A stretch of DNA of 64,000 bases, taken from positions 1 through 64,000 of the forward strand of contig JAKMXF010000329.1 of NCBI GenBank assembly GCA_024704765.1, in the 5' to 3' direction. The first letter of the stretch is position 1. Every line of letters starts with the position of its first letter. The notes under the pieces were generated by a model. The model was not told where the DNA came from, did not search any database, and worked only from the letters and a program-made list of their open reading frames with translations. Position numbers and translations under genes: made by a program. Of this stretch, positions 52,194 through 64,000 are shown one piece after another. The stretch is from Oopsacas minuta (taxonomy: Eukaryota > Animalia > Porifera).

Positions 52194-55100
52194 GCATGTA
52201 TCTACTTAAATTTTGAGATTTTGCTAATTTGTTTATACTATATCAAAAAACATCAATAATTCACATATGATTAATCTAAAAATGTGAAAATCGGATTCAG
52301 TATGTTCGATATATTTGGTGAAGTTTTATTGAATCCATTTACTTCCTGAAAACATGATAAATACATAGTTATGCGACTATTTCAGAATTGTATACCGTAA
52401 TGAGGGTGTAATCCTTTCTTTTGACAACAGACAATCGAACAAACTAACAAACAACAATTGAGATTTAATAATATAGACTAGTGGAAATTGCTTCAATCGA
52501 TGTTAGGTATCATACCTGCTCCAACTCCAGCTATTTCGCTAATTTCTCCAAAACTGTACAAAATTTGTTATCGAATAGTATTGTGCACCGACACGAACAT
52601 TCGCAAAAATATTTTGTAGTACTGCTAAATCTTCATGGATTTAATCTAAATTGTGAATGATGAGCCATTAAGGTATAGATAACGTGAAAAGTAGTAAGCA
52701 ACCTTTCTCTTCGGATCAAATGGCCAAATGATGCACCCTCTTATATATACTGATGTACCCTAATATATATATATATATATATATTTATAATATATAGTTA
52801 TATAATGTATCACTATGTCTACAGATTAATTTCCCTTATCGTATCCAGTAAAACCTCTATAAGTAGGATCCCTACAAATTGGGAACGTCTAGAAGCGGGG
52901 AAATTTAGTTAGAATATTAATTCATTTCCATAGAAACGAACCTCTAAATCGTGGAATGGGCACAATTTAGAGAAATTATGCTTTAGCCCATTCCAATTTA
53001 GCTCTAAAGTTTGTAAATCTACAAAAGATTTTCTTGAATAATTTTTGTGCTAAATTTGGATAATACACGTATTTAAAGCTCTGATGAATTGAAATCTTTG
53101 GGTTTCTGAGAAGAAAATTTCTTACAAATTTGTATATTCAGCCAACAACCTATGGACACAATATATTTGTCAATTATGGGTGAAATAACAGTCGTTGGAG
53201 GAAGTAGATATACATATTCACTCAAGGACATTACATTTTAATTTATAAATGTGAAGGGGGGTTATTAAGATTTCGTCGGTCTTTTCTCTTCCGATTACAG
53301 AGATTCTACGATAGATACCCTACTTACCATACCTTAGTACTACAAGTTTCAATGCATGGATAATTGCATACATGGTCATCCATTTATCCTATAATGGAGC
53401 AATTTTATACATTTTCCTGAGGAATGAAATCTGTACAACCACATCATCTGGAAACTAAACTTAGATATTAAACATTTGTGGTATTGATAGTTTTGTATTC
53501 TGGGATGATAAATATGACCCAAATTCACTGTGCTCATATACCTGTACCTAGATAAGGCACAACCGGAAACAGGTTTAGATGAATAACTTAGACATAGGAG
53601 TGTGTAAAATTGGAAATAATTTTTGGCATAAAATTTACTTGTGAGACATCCATGGTATATAATTGAAGAATGTTACACTGATGAGAAATTCGAAATCTAG
53701 GTTCGCAAAATCATGATGAATTTTGGAATAATTGGGTTGTTGTAATTTGGAAATGTAGAGGCAGTTATTTAATATTCTGAGTGAATTATTTATTACAATG
53801 AGGAAGTGTTTTGATGAAATTGCAGTCAAAACTACAAAGGCATCTTGTGCGTTAGCAACATTTTGGTATGGAATGACCCCAAGAAATAGCATATCTTTTC
53901 AAATATATGCCAAGTAGACATATTTTGACACATTCCTGATATTTAACATATAATGATTGATATTCTATTATTCTACAACTATGCAGCATATTTATTGCGG
54001 AAATAATTCACCGTTTCTGCAATATAGATAATACTTAAAAAGTTGTTGAATCAGCCACTGAATTCCTATCACAAACTCACAAGTTGCACTGGGGCTCCAT
54101 GTATAGCACACTATAGTGGCATCTATAACTATAGTATCTCTCTAATAACACATAAGATGTAATCATGTATCTATTAGAATATGCAAAGAATATCATGCAA
54201 ATTTGATGCCGTGGTAGATGCGCTGGCAATATCGTGTTAGACGGCCATTTAAAGGGAAATAATTGTAACTAGATCAGCTAGTCCACTAAAGTCGAACTAG
54301 GGGTTACACAATTCGGGTAAGACAAATTTTGAGGATGGAATATTGCATATCCCTGAGACATTCAAGTGTTGCTATGCCAAAAATATTCCCAGATATTGTC
54401 AAGTCCCACTCAAACGATGTGATGTTTTATTGATACGATCATCGACATAGAATACTTTAGTATTAAACTGAAGGAGCTCTATGTATGCATTTCAACCACT
54501 TCAAAATGTGTCCAAAAGTGACATTTTAAATGAATATTGCTGAAAAAATGTAATTTTAAGACTTAAAAAATGGTGCTAAAATCTCATTTTAGTGTGGGGA
54601 TTTGTTAAAACGAAGTTGTTAATTTTTGTGTTCATTTATTCTCAAACTAGTAGGCACTAACTAAATCCAACTAGAAAATTTATACGGAAAATTATGTTTG
54701 AGCCTGGTGGCTCCGGCTATATCAGTAGTATCATTGGCGATCAAAATTTGTTATTGTCTGCATTATACCACTTCCAGACTACTCGAATTCAAATATTCAG
54801 ATACATCACCATTATAGAACTATGGATTTCACCATATGTGGATGAAAAGCAGACCAATAGCACCAAACAACACCACTATTCAAAGGTTTTATGCTCTACA
54901 ACTAGAATTTTCTAGATTTACACATTAAATCAATTCAAGGGCTTCAATCCCTCGATCCCGGTGCATTTTTCCCACTGGATTCGGTGTATCCAGGAATTGA
55001 GTATAATTCAGAATTTTTGATCACTTACTCATTGATATATTCTAACTGCTTTTCTTTGGTGCATATCCTTTGAATCATCATTTGTGAATATAATCTTTTA

Positions 55101-55861
55101 ATTTACTCATGCAGAATTGTTTCTTGTTTAACAATTATTTGTGATAGATTTCAAGGAGAATCTGTTGTATTCAATACTTTGACTTCCTACAATGTATAGA
55201 TAGTGTTTTTGAGAAAACAAAGAAACTTAATTTGAGTTACTCTTTAGATAATTTGCGTTTTTCGTATAGATTATTGTTCTATATTACCAGATTACATTGT
55301 TAATTTTGATTTGTTTCATTTCTGTACATGAGCGTAAATCCTGGAGGGGAAAGGGGATATACCCCCAATTTAAGGGGTGGGGGATGTTTTATAGACCTAT
55401 CCCCCCAATTGGGGTCAGATTCAGAGGATATCCAAATTGAGTATTCCAGGCACGTACCCATATAGCAATCTTTTGGCATACTTGTACAAACAAATTTCTA
55501 TAGCAGGAGTTGAGGGGATATATATCGTTTATAACAAAACGGTTATATGAACATCATGGATATAAGAACCACCCTGGTAAAATGCTTTGTTTACTATAGT
55601 TTACTACGTGACAGTATCTCTGGGCAATTATATATTATATCCTGGTATAATTTAAACATCAGTATATTTTAACTGTGGTATGAATTGACTTATTACGACC
55701 TGACTTTAGCACAATTTGACTCAGCAGGAATTGACCTGGTGCAAGTTGGTGTATGGTACGAGTTGATTAGCAATAATAACATATATATTGATATTATATC
55801 ATGTATAGTGCATCATTCCACCTACTTTTTCGAACACGTTTAGGCCAATGTTTCTATACTA

Positions 55862-58124
55862 CACAGGTCAACAAAATTTAACTTCATTTTCTCATCAAGT
55901 ATTAGATTGACATTTTCTAAGCTAGTTTTTACGCTGAATTCAAATCTGCTTTCAGATTCTTTCCAGCACGTCCAGTTTTTTTCCATTTACAAGTCAACGA
56001 TTTTTATATATTTCCTAAATTTTTCCTGCTATTTTATGGCAGTGGCTGTCTTTTTGTCTTCTTACATGATAGCCATCTGAAATAAATCAACGTTTCGATG
56101 TTTTAGATTAATGCCAAGATAATATCAGTTATTATCCTAGCTCTTACATATAATTATTTACATTCATGCATGTATCAACTACTCACAAATTAAGGGGAAA
56201 TACATATCTATCTAGAAGTATAAAGGTAGCTAACTAAATTAAAAGTGTTGAGAGTACGACTTCCTTTTATATATCTTGTTGGGATTATCTTTGAAGAGCC
56301 TCCAACAGTAATCGGACATCATGCCCTCATTCCATCTCCTGTATGTCTTGGTAGAATCTCTCACCCTGTTGATCACTTACAGCACCAAGGTTCTCAGGGA
56401 AAAAATCAAGGTAAGAGCGCAAGAAGTGAAGTTTTAGCGACATGAGACAGCCCATCTTCTCGCATGCGTTAAGCAAGGTTTCCACTCCTCTGTAGTTGGA
56501 CGACTTCTTGTTGCCCAAAACGTTTTCACAAACCCATTTAAAAGAATTCCAAGCACTCATTTCTAATTCGGATAATGTCTTCTCGAAATCTGGATCTCTG
56601 AATACTTGTCTGATTTGTGGTCCTACAAATACTCCCTCTTTTAACTTTGCCTCGCTTAGTTTCAGAAATTTGCCTACCAAATGCAGAAATCCTGCGGAAT
56701 TTGTTTTGCCCATTGTTTTAACGAATGTTTTCATTAATCCAAGTTTAATATGGAGTGGGGGTAAGAAGACTATGTTTGGATCTACCAATGGCGAATGCTG
56801 TAAATTGGTTTTCCCCACTTCGTAGGTTCTCTTCGGACAATCACATTTTTTATAATGTTCACCAGTTGCTCGGCTGTCCCATAGACATAGGAAACAACAA
56901 TACTTTGTAAAACCGTGTTGCAAGCCCATCAATAGCCCGATTATCTTAAAATCACCGCAGATATTCCATATATGTGTTCTATACTGTATTGCCTCCAAAA
57001 CTTCCTGCAAATTGACGAAGGTTTCTTTGAGACAGACGGAGTGAGCAATTGGAACGCCAGGCTTTAGATTCCGTTATGCAACAGAACAGCTTACAAACTG
57101 CGTTTTGACGAGTCGATGAAAAGGCACCAATCAGAGGAAGAATGTTCTTGTATTAGATTTGCATAGAGTCCTTCGATATCATTACAATAGCACAGTGGAC
57201 CATCAGTGGTGTAGTATTGAGCGAGATCGAAATTTCGTTTGCGATAGTGGGATACTAGGACATCTTTGTCGAGTAGGTTTTTCTGTTTGAGCCTGGATGC
57301 AAGGAGTTCAGCTTTGTCTTTAGATAAGTCTAGATCCCTGACCAGGTCATTCAATACTCCCTGTGTAAATGTTTGTGGCTCTAGTAATTCATCTTCCGGG
57401 ACATAATTAGCATCTGTAGAATCTGCATGAACATCTTCCACCATGTCAGACCCAATTTTAATTTGCTGTGGCTTGGGAATTGGGATTGGTAATGAGATGT
57501 CGTGTGGAATTGGCCTGCGAGCAGAATCCAAGTCTGGGCAAACAAGAGCGTGCTTATTCTTGGCTGAGAATCCTGTAATGTCGATAAGGCAAAAGTAACA
57601 ATCATCAAGGTGATTTTTCTGAGCCCCTCCAGACCATGGGTATTGCAAATGGCATTGAAACTTTCCTTTTGTTCAACCAATCACGTAATCCACTTGAACA
57701 AGAAGTGCATAGGACATGTGGTGCCCACGACTTGTCTTGGTCACCAAGTGGACATTCGAAGTACAATTTGTATATGTTCTTTAATTGATTTGTGATTGGT
57801 CGTCTGTGATTTTACGCAAAAAAGACCACAAACGTAACAGAAATTGTCGGGATGAGTTCTACAATTACGATGCATGTTTATAATTTGATTTGCTTGAATT
57901 CAAATAAGTAAAGTCATTTATATTCCAGATAATTGAATCAAAATAGGCATGCTCATATAGCAATTTAGTAACTAGGTAATACTATACTATTGAAAAAATG
58001 GATATTGGATTTCAGAATAACTAGACGTGCTAGAGAAATTCTGATTGCAGATTCGAGTTCAGCATTCAAAAGTATGCTAAGATAAATGTATGTGATCTCT
58101 GATGAGAAATCTTGTTGAGTTGTG
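55862..58124 (-). mobile_element. Chapaev3-type transposon, copy C, full length but frameshifted
   Basis: Ends CACAGGTCAACAA / CACAACTCAACAA with 3-bp TSD CTA/CTA. Motifs run from MHRNCRTHPDNFCYVCG (about 57875) through DQDKSWAPH, DDCYFC, LNDLVRDLDLS, FIDSSKRSL, PPLHIKLGLMK and QGERFYQD. Confidence 0.92.
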
Positions 58125-58299
58125 CTATTAGTACATTACTAGTCAGATTTTTCATTTATCTCTTGTTTCGCTTTCATTTTCCGTGTTTCACCAATCTGTG
58201 TGCTACTATATATTTATCACATTATGAGGTAATTTTGGATTAGCTGATCATCTCTTCATATTAGTAAACTCAATTCATTTACCCTATAGTATACTTGGG

Positions 58300-59469
58300 A
58301 TGCGTTCTCTGCAATTTTTTTCATCTTGTAGCGGTATACCATTATTTTCTTTTTCAACAGACAGTAATAGCGATATCCAATATGACTCTCAAGTTAGTTC
58401 TTTAAATGGAATATCACTATTCTCTACTTTCAGAAGTGCTATTCTTTTGAAAGAGTGTGGAAATCCTAGTGTTGAAATATTTTGGAAATCAAATATTTCC
58501 TTTAATATTGTTTTTTGTAGTTGCGAACCATCTAATTATGAATATTTTTCAAAGCTTATTTTATTTTATGAAGAATTATTGTCTTTATTTTCACCTCATT
58601 TATATGTGACTTTCCTCGATACATCCACTGAATTTACCTTTCGAAATAATATTAAGTTTTCTAATATCTTTCGTTCTGTTATTTCATCTTGCTATCTTCC
58701 TCTAAGCTGTTCAGAATTATCTTTCAGCAATGTTACGATTAGCCCCGATATTTTGAAGAGCCACGAACGTATATTCGTTAATATATATGCTTGCTTCACC
58801 TTACATAACCTAGTAATTTATCGTACAAACAATTGGATTTCACTAAATAATCGGGTACATTTGCTAATTCTCAATATTGTGGAAACTATTAAACCCTTTG
58901 CTATGATTGATCTCCCAATATATATTCATTCTTTAATGTCTGAACCTTTGCGACTTGTCTCAATGCAACTCACTCATTCGCTTGTCTTCATTGGCTTATT
59001 TGGATCAGATCTACATATTCATGAGATTGATTTTCCTTTGAAAAATATTAAAAACGACATTCAAATGAGAATCGAAAGGATTTATCATACACCCTATTTT
59101 TCACAGTATTCTAATTTGTGTATAGCGTACTTACGTGTTGATTCTATGACTAATGAATATCTCTTTACACTAGTCTCGAAGAGTACAATTTTCGATAGAG
59201 AAATGGTAAAATCTTTACTTTTCAGAAGATACACTTCCTTTGTTGCTATTCTCATAAAATTTCGACGGTATTCTTCACAATTTGTTAACTATAATATGCT
59301 TTCTTTGGATGTTAATGAACATCTTCTTGTTTATCAGAACTTTTCTTTATATATTAACAGATCGGAACATATGACTAATATTTTTCTCTTTCCAAACTAT
59401 TCCTTAATTTGTATTCGCCCCTACAGTACTATCGTAGTTGAAAGTATTATCTCAAATTCAATTTCCTGA
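58300..59469 (+). CDS. FUZ: Protein fuzzy homolog (CPLANE subunit, tri-longin), single exon, 389 aa
   Basis: Uninterrupted ORF. Motifs match remembered Fuzzy sequence in the right order: SGIPLF (SGVPLF), SSLNGISLF (GSLNGVHMF), IFWKS (VVWKS), TNNWISL (TEGWWRL), DLPIYI (DYPVYL), EPLRLVSMQL (VPHRLLTLTL) and YLFTL (CLFTV). Length is similar to Fuzzy. Confidence 0.75.
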   Translation: MRSLQFFSSCSGIPLFSFSTDSNSDIQYDSQVSSLNGISLFSTFRSAILLKECGNPSVEIFWKSNISFNIVFCSCEPSNYEYFSKLILFYEELLSLFSPHLYVTFLDTSTEFTFRNNIKFSNIFRSVISSCYLPLSCSELSFSNVTISPDILKSHERIFVNIYACFTLHNLVIYRTNNWISLNNRVHLLILNIVETIKPFAMIDLPIYIHSLMSEPLRLVSMQLTHSLVFIGLFGSDLHIHEIDFPLKNIKNDIQMRIERIYHTPYFSQYSNLCIAYLRVDSMTNEYLFTLVSKSTIFDREMVKSLLFRRYTSFVAILIKFRRYSSQFVNYNMLSLDVNEHLLVYQNFSLYINRSEHMTNIFLFPNYSLICIRPYSTIVVESIISNSIS

Positions 59470-60249
59470 GATATTGAATATATATAATTTTAGTATTTTG
59501 AGGGTTTCAGTTCCCATTCATAGAATCACATGTGATCTGTATGCAGATCGAACTCCAGTCATTTTAACTTGCGTGTTAACATAAGAAATCTCATGGGAAG
59601 TGTATAAATGATTGTGTTCACTAATTGTACTATAATTCTGAATATTTTTGGATGAGTGTAGAATTGTTTTTACATAGCAATAGATACCTAATACAGTCCA
59701 CAACTATTAATTCGAACGAATTTTGTTCCCTTGTTACCAGAGAGATAATGTTACAGGTTATTCGAAGCAGGCTCCTAGGTCTCCTCTCAAAATTTGTTAA
59801 ACCTACATCAGTATCTTAGTGTTATGCATAGGGAAAGATCCTTAATTTGCACGTCCCAAATAGAATTTCACCCAAAATCACACACCTAGGGGAGCCCATG
59901 CAGTCCTAGATAATTCTTAGCTTGTTACCTAGCATGCATCTCATACCAAATCGGTACGATATTTCAAACTCACGCCTTCGTTAATTCGACAAAGTTGTTT
60001 TCCATTGAAAGGTATTATACACACTATAACTTTCATTTGATCATTCGAACTTCTGCAAATTGTGGCAATAAATTACTATTTATTTCTTTTGTGGTGACAC
60101 TGATGGTGTCGTTTATCTAGAGTTAATTTAATTCGCTAACTAATGCCTAGTGCATAAAGAATTTCTAACTTCCAAATTGGGAGGATTTGATTGTTTTTAC
60201 AATTATGATGGCATGGCATGATAATTCAACGAAGAGTTTGCATTTGGTC

Positions 60250-62960
60250 AAAGTTACAACTCAGGACATTTCATTTTGAAAGGTACCTGAAATTGAAATT
60301 TCATCTAACATAAGTTTTAGTTGAGGAGTTGTTGATAATGTGAATTTGCCATAATCCATAAACGTGACAATTAATTCATACAATCGTCATTCGTGTGAAT
60401 CTTCGTCCAAATTTGAACTTCCGAGCCATGCCAAAAATATCCTTGTATGTCTAAAATGGCCCCTAGGGGAATAAATTATTTATCACAAGTTAGCGCATCA
60501 GTGCACAATCTACACTGTTGAAACCCTTTCAATAGTTTATAGACTGAATATCCTCCGATAAAAGCTAACGACTGGAGTATCTGCTGAGTGTATTCAATTG
60601 ACAATACATCACCAATTCCATCAAGATATGGCTCAAGATCTATTTGGTCATCACTAGAAGTACTAAAGGGTGAAGTAAAAGATTTGACAAAAGTATGTAT
60701 AAATTGACAAGAGTCTTGTTGGTCAGAAAATATTTTTTAGGATGTTCGAGAGCTTAAGACGACGCTCGGATTCAAGAATTTGAATGTAGGAAATATGATA
60801 ATTCGAACCAGGCATCATACAATAGAGTCCAAAATGATGTTCCAATGGGTTTGTTGGCAGAAATGCAAGACAAAACATAAGAAAATCCACAAGACTCAGT
60901 TAGATAGTTTGTTATCTGTTCTAAAGCAATACAAGCGTGTTTCAAACTAGTATACGTTTGCTTACTCAATTTACCCGATTTTCCAGGTAAGGAATGCCAG
61001 CATCCAGCCAATACACTATACGAGCTAAATATATGAAACGCTCATCGTGTAAGATCAAGGGTGTTGAGAGATTGTCATTTAAACGCATGTCTTTAGAAGG
61101 GTCTACTAACATTGAATATTTTCCACAAAGAAGGATCCTAACAAATGTAGAGGTAATATTACGATATTTTTCACAATGTTTTTCATTTTGAATCTCAAGA
61201 GCGGATAGTGTTAGATCATTAAAACCTTCAGAACCAATCTGACATTCTGTCTTTCTATACCAGAAGGAAAACAAGCCTTCACTGTTAACTGAGGAGCCAG
61301 TTTCGCTAAACTTCCTCTTTCAGAGTTGTATAGAATGTGGACATCTTGGAAAGATGTTGAATTGAGACAAAGGGGGTACTGGCATTTATCAATCTTAAAA
61401 TCTTCAAACTTAGGGAAATATATTATTTTATCAAATTCGTATACATTGCGTACACTTTTTAAATTATGAACAAAATCGAATGTGAGGAAGAGAAGTCTAG
61501 AAGGATCAAATGGGTGAGGCACCCTAGTTTCCAATTTGCCACTCAGAGAAAATAGCTTGAAAAGATTTACATTCAAAGGATAATTGTCAGTTGAAATTAC
61601 TTGTACACGTAAACCACAATTCTCAATATCAATGATCACTCTTTGATAATGGGAAATATCTTTTCAGCGGAAATAGAACCACATGATAATAAACGTGAAA
61701 TACAAGACCATTTCTTATGTAAGCAGATACGATTACCGCGAACACAGTTCTAGTTGGGTACTCTGGGTCTAAATTTGGCGCAAAGATTTTCCCTCCTTTA
61801 TAAGTAATATCAGATTTAACGTGTATTTCATCCATTTGAACTATAAGATTTCTCTCCAATGAACTGAAGAAAGAAGTAGCTTGGGTGAGATTGGTAGAGA
61901 AATCGTTTTTCAATGCCAAACGAAGAATACAATGTATTTGATGTCTGAACATGCGGTAGAGAAAGACAATCTAAACCCTGGAGATATACATAACATGCTG
62001 GAGAAATGAGATGAGTCTTAATTGACATGACTTGTGTAATTATATTGTACCTTCGCCTGTGTTTGGAATAAATATATTATCTACTTGACTGAAGATAAAT
62101 TGGAGCTTAGCTATAACTGAGGAAGAATAGTTTTCGCTATCCTCTATGCTAGCTAAATCATTAACCTTCTCTACGTGTTGTTTAGCACGAGGAATATGAA
62201 ATGAATGTGATTTAGTATGATGATCATCAGATACAGATTTTGAGGAAATTTGATGTAATAATGATTCAATTTGTCGAATATCATTAATCGAATTAAGAAA
62301 AGTAGGTATGCTTTGTCCATAGAACCAGGCTGATATAGATAAAAATGAATTTATTTCTAGATAAATCCACTGACATAGTTTTATCAACAAGACGAGGAAG
62401 AATAGACCTTGTACTAGAATTGTCAGTATGCCAACTAACCAATTATCTGGTAACACAATATAATACAACTCAGCTTTCAGATCCTGTAAATTTCCAATGA
62501 TGAATTTGTGTTTGGCCTCATTCTCATACCTTAGACTAAGCTGAATGTTTTGATTCAACATTTCTTTCTCTTTTGATTCATAAGACAAACGATTATGTGT
62601 GCTTGTCGATGTTGATAAATGATAAAAGGGACAACCAAGAAGTAAACTGGGAATTGCCCCTTCTTTCAGCTCAAGTTTATCGCAAGGTACACTAGTGAAA
62701 GTACCGTCACCATTGGGGACATCATGAAATGCTCAAAATCTTCTTCACGGAAATGCTTGATACATACATTAATAACCTTGAGACGATCAATATGTTCATG
62801 GTGAAGAGCGCGTATCGAGGCCTGTTTAAGTTCAGGTGGATTGTCTGGCATTGTGAATATATGCACTTTGTCATCTGGGCAATAATTACTTGTGCAACCC
62901 GGGGTAGAACTGGCACTGGGCATCAGAGATACAATACACAAGCAAATAGTGAGCAAAAGC
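60250..62960 (-). mobile_element. Second P-element (THAP9-like) transposase pseudogene
   Basis: THAP domain MPSASSTPGCTSNY...VCIKHFREEDF (62666-62956), then VQMDEIHVKSDITY, CGLRVQVISTDNYPLN, FDFVHNLKS and ACFPSGIERQNV, with multiple frameshifts. TIRs were not identified and the left boundary is approximate. Confidence 0.85.
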
Positions 62961-63425
62961 GTAAATGGATCATAAAATGACTATAGATATGTGATGTACT
63001 ATCATTACTAGTAACTAGAGTATGTCAGTGAAAAAATGTTTTATTTGCATATATAACTATTATGCTGAATTGAAAGTACAATTGCATTATCTTACACCCC
63101 CCCCAATTTATTAAACTCGTTGAGGGAAGCAGATTGAGCTAAAGAAATTAAAAATCGGTTCACAAACAAAAAAGGTTGGAAACTTTCTTGTTCAAAAGCC
63201 AAAGTCTATCGAGAAAATTGAAATAGCACTGCAGCCAAAATAACCACAAAATCTATATTGATACAACATAGGTATGTGCATACAAGCTAGATAGCATGTT
63301 TATCACTTTAATCTATTAGCTACGTATCAGATTGCAATTATTCCTAAAATTAGGGTTTCTAAAGAATAATACGTAACTATATTCTCAAATGTAGTTCGGA
63401 ATTATACAATTGGAATGCTAACATC

Positions 63426-64000
63426 TTATACAACAGGATATTGACTTCTAATCTCAGCAATTATGTTTGCGAAGGCATTATCTCCATTGTTTTTCCTCCA
63501 ACAAACCTCTGGTAAGGTGTGTATCCAATAGTTCAGGGTTTGTGGCCATTGACCGTTTCAAATTTTCTTGGTTCCACCACAGGTACTTTCGATGCTTTGT
63601 GTATGTGCACCAGTTACAGGCCAACAAAGTTTCTACTGTGGTTTACAGTAAGATGATGGAATGTTGCAGAAGGAATGCTATGACAAGATACCCACTCATC
63701 GGAATGTATTGTAGTACCTGGCAAAATGTACTTCTCGATGAGCGGAACTAGGGTTGCTGCTGAACGATCCTGTACAGGTATCATGAACACTTCTTTAATG
63801 TCTCTGTCGATCCCTCCGAACACCCATTGTCCAGATAACATTCGCACTCTTGAGTACTTACGATGTTCAAATTTGCACTCATCAATGTCTACAACATGAC
63901 CATGTCCGCCAATTGGCTGATTGACGAGATATATTTCAACAGATAGGTAACGGAGAAAGTTCTTCCATTCTGTGATCGTGTGCTCACCTCAACCCAAGTT
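63426..64000 (-). pseudogene. Second Merlin/ISXO2-like transposase, 5' part beyond window end
   Basis: Motifs VVDIDECKF, QWVFGGIDR, IHSDEW and LLDTHL.EVCWRK..YPVV*; a diverged paralog of 40477-41421. Confidence 0.9.

Noticed and set aside
52811-52817. CACTATG (ProtoRAG-like heptamer) as an end of the RAG1-like element
   Set aside because: It points away from the gene and has no matching TSD; the ends at 48907 and 52193 have a perfect GCATG duplication.
836-63751. Numerous short ORFs antisense to transposases (for example 836-1045, 3743-3985, 34579-34842, 56496-56825, 62729-62980, 63467-63751)
   Set aside because: They are shadow frames of transposase coding sequence with no independent motifs.

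Overview
AT-rich eukaryotic (probably invertebrate animal) genomic DNA, almost entirely a graveyard of nested, mostly decayed transposons. There is no sign of prokaryotic operons, rRNA, tRNA or CRISPR, and the species cannot be identified from the sequence alone. Recognisable families are mariner/Tc1 (5 copies), hAT (4 transposase-bearing copies plus MITEs), P-element/THAP9-like (2), Chapaev3 (3), Merlin/ISXO2-like (2), one Kolobok/Mutator-like element with a C-terminal PHD finger, a Penelope-like retroelement, a Gypsy remnant, a Harbinger-like MITE and a 58/174-bp satellite. Many insertions can be ordered in time from their target-site duplications (TSDs). One apparently intact host gene is present, an intronless Fuzzy (FUZ)-like tri-longin protein at 58300-59469. 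The standout is a 3.3-kb RAG1-like/Transib transposon at 48907-52193. It has a perfect 5-bp TSD (GCATG) and ends one substitution away from the RSS heptamer CACAGTG, with a shared 12-bp motif at asymmetric spacing. Its decayed, intron-containing transposase combines a Transib-type DDE core with a RAG1 NBD-like N-terminal segment and a C-terminal CCGHC zinc motif, and there is no RAG2-like partner. All family assignments rest on motifs recognised by eye; no database search was run.
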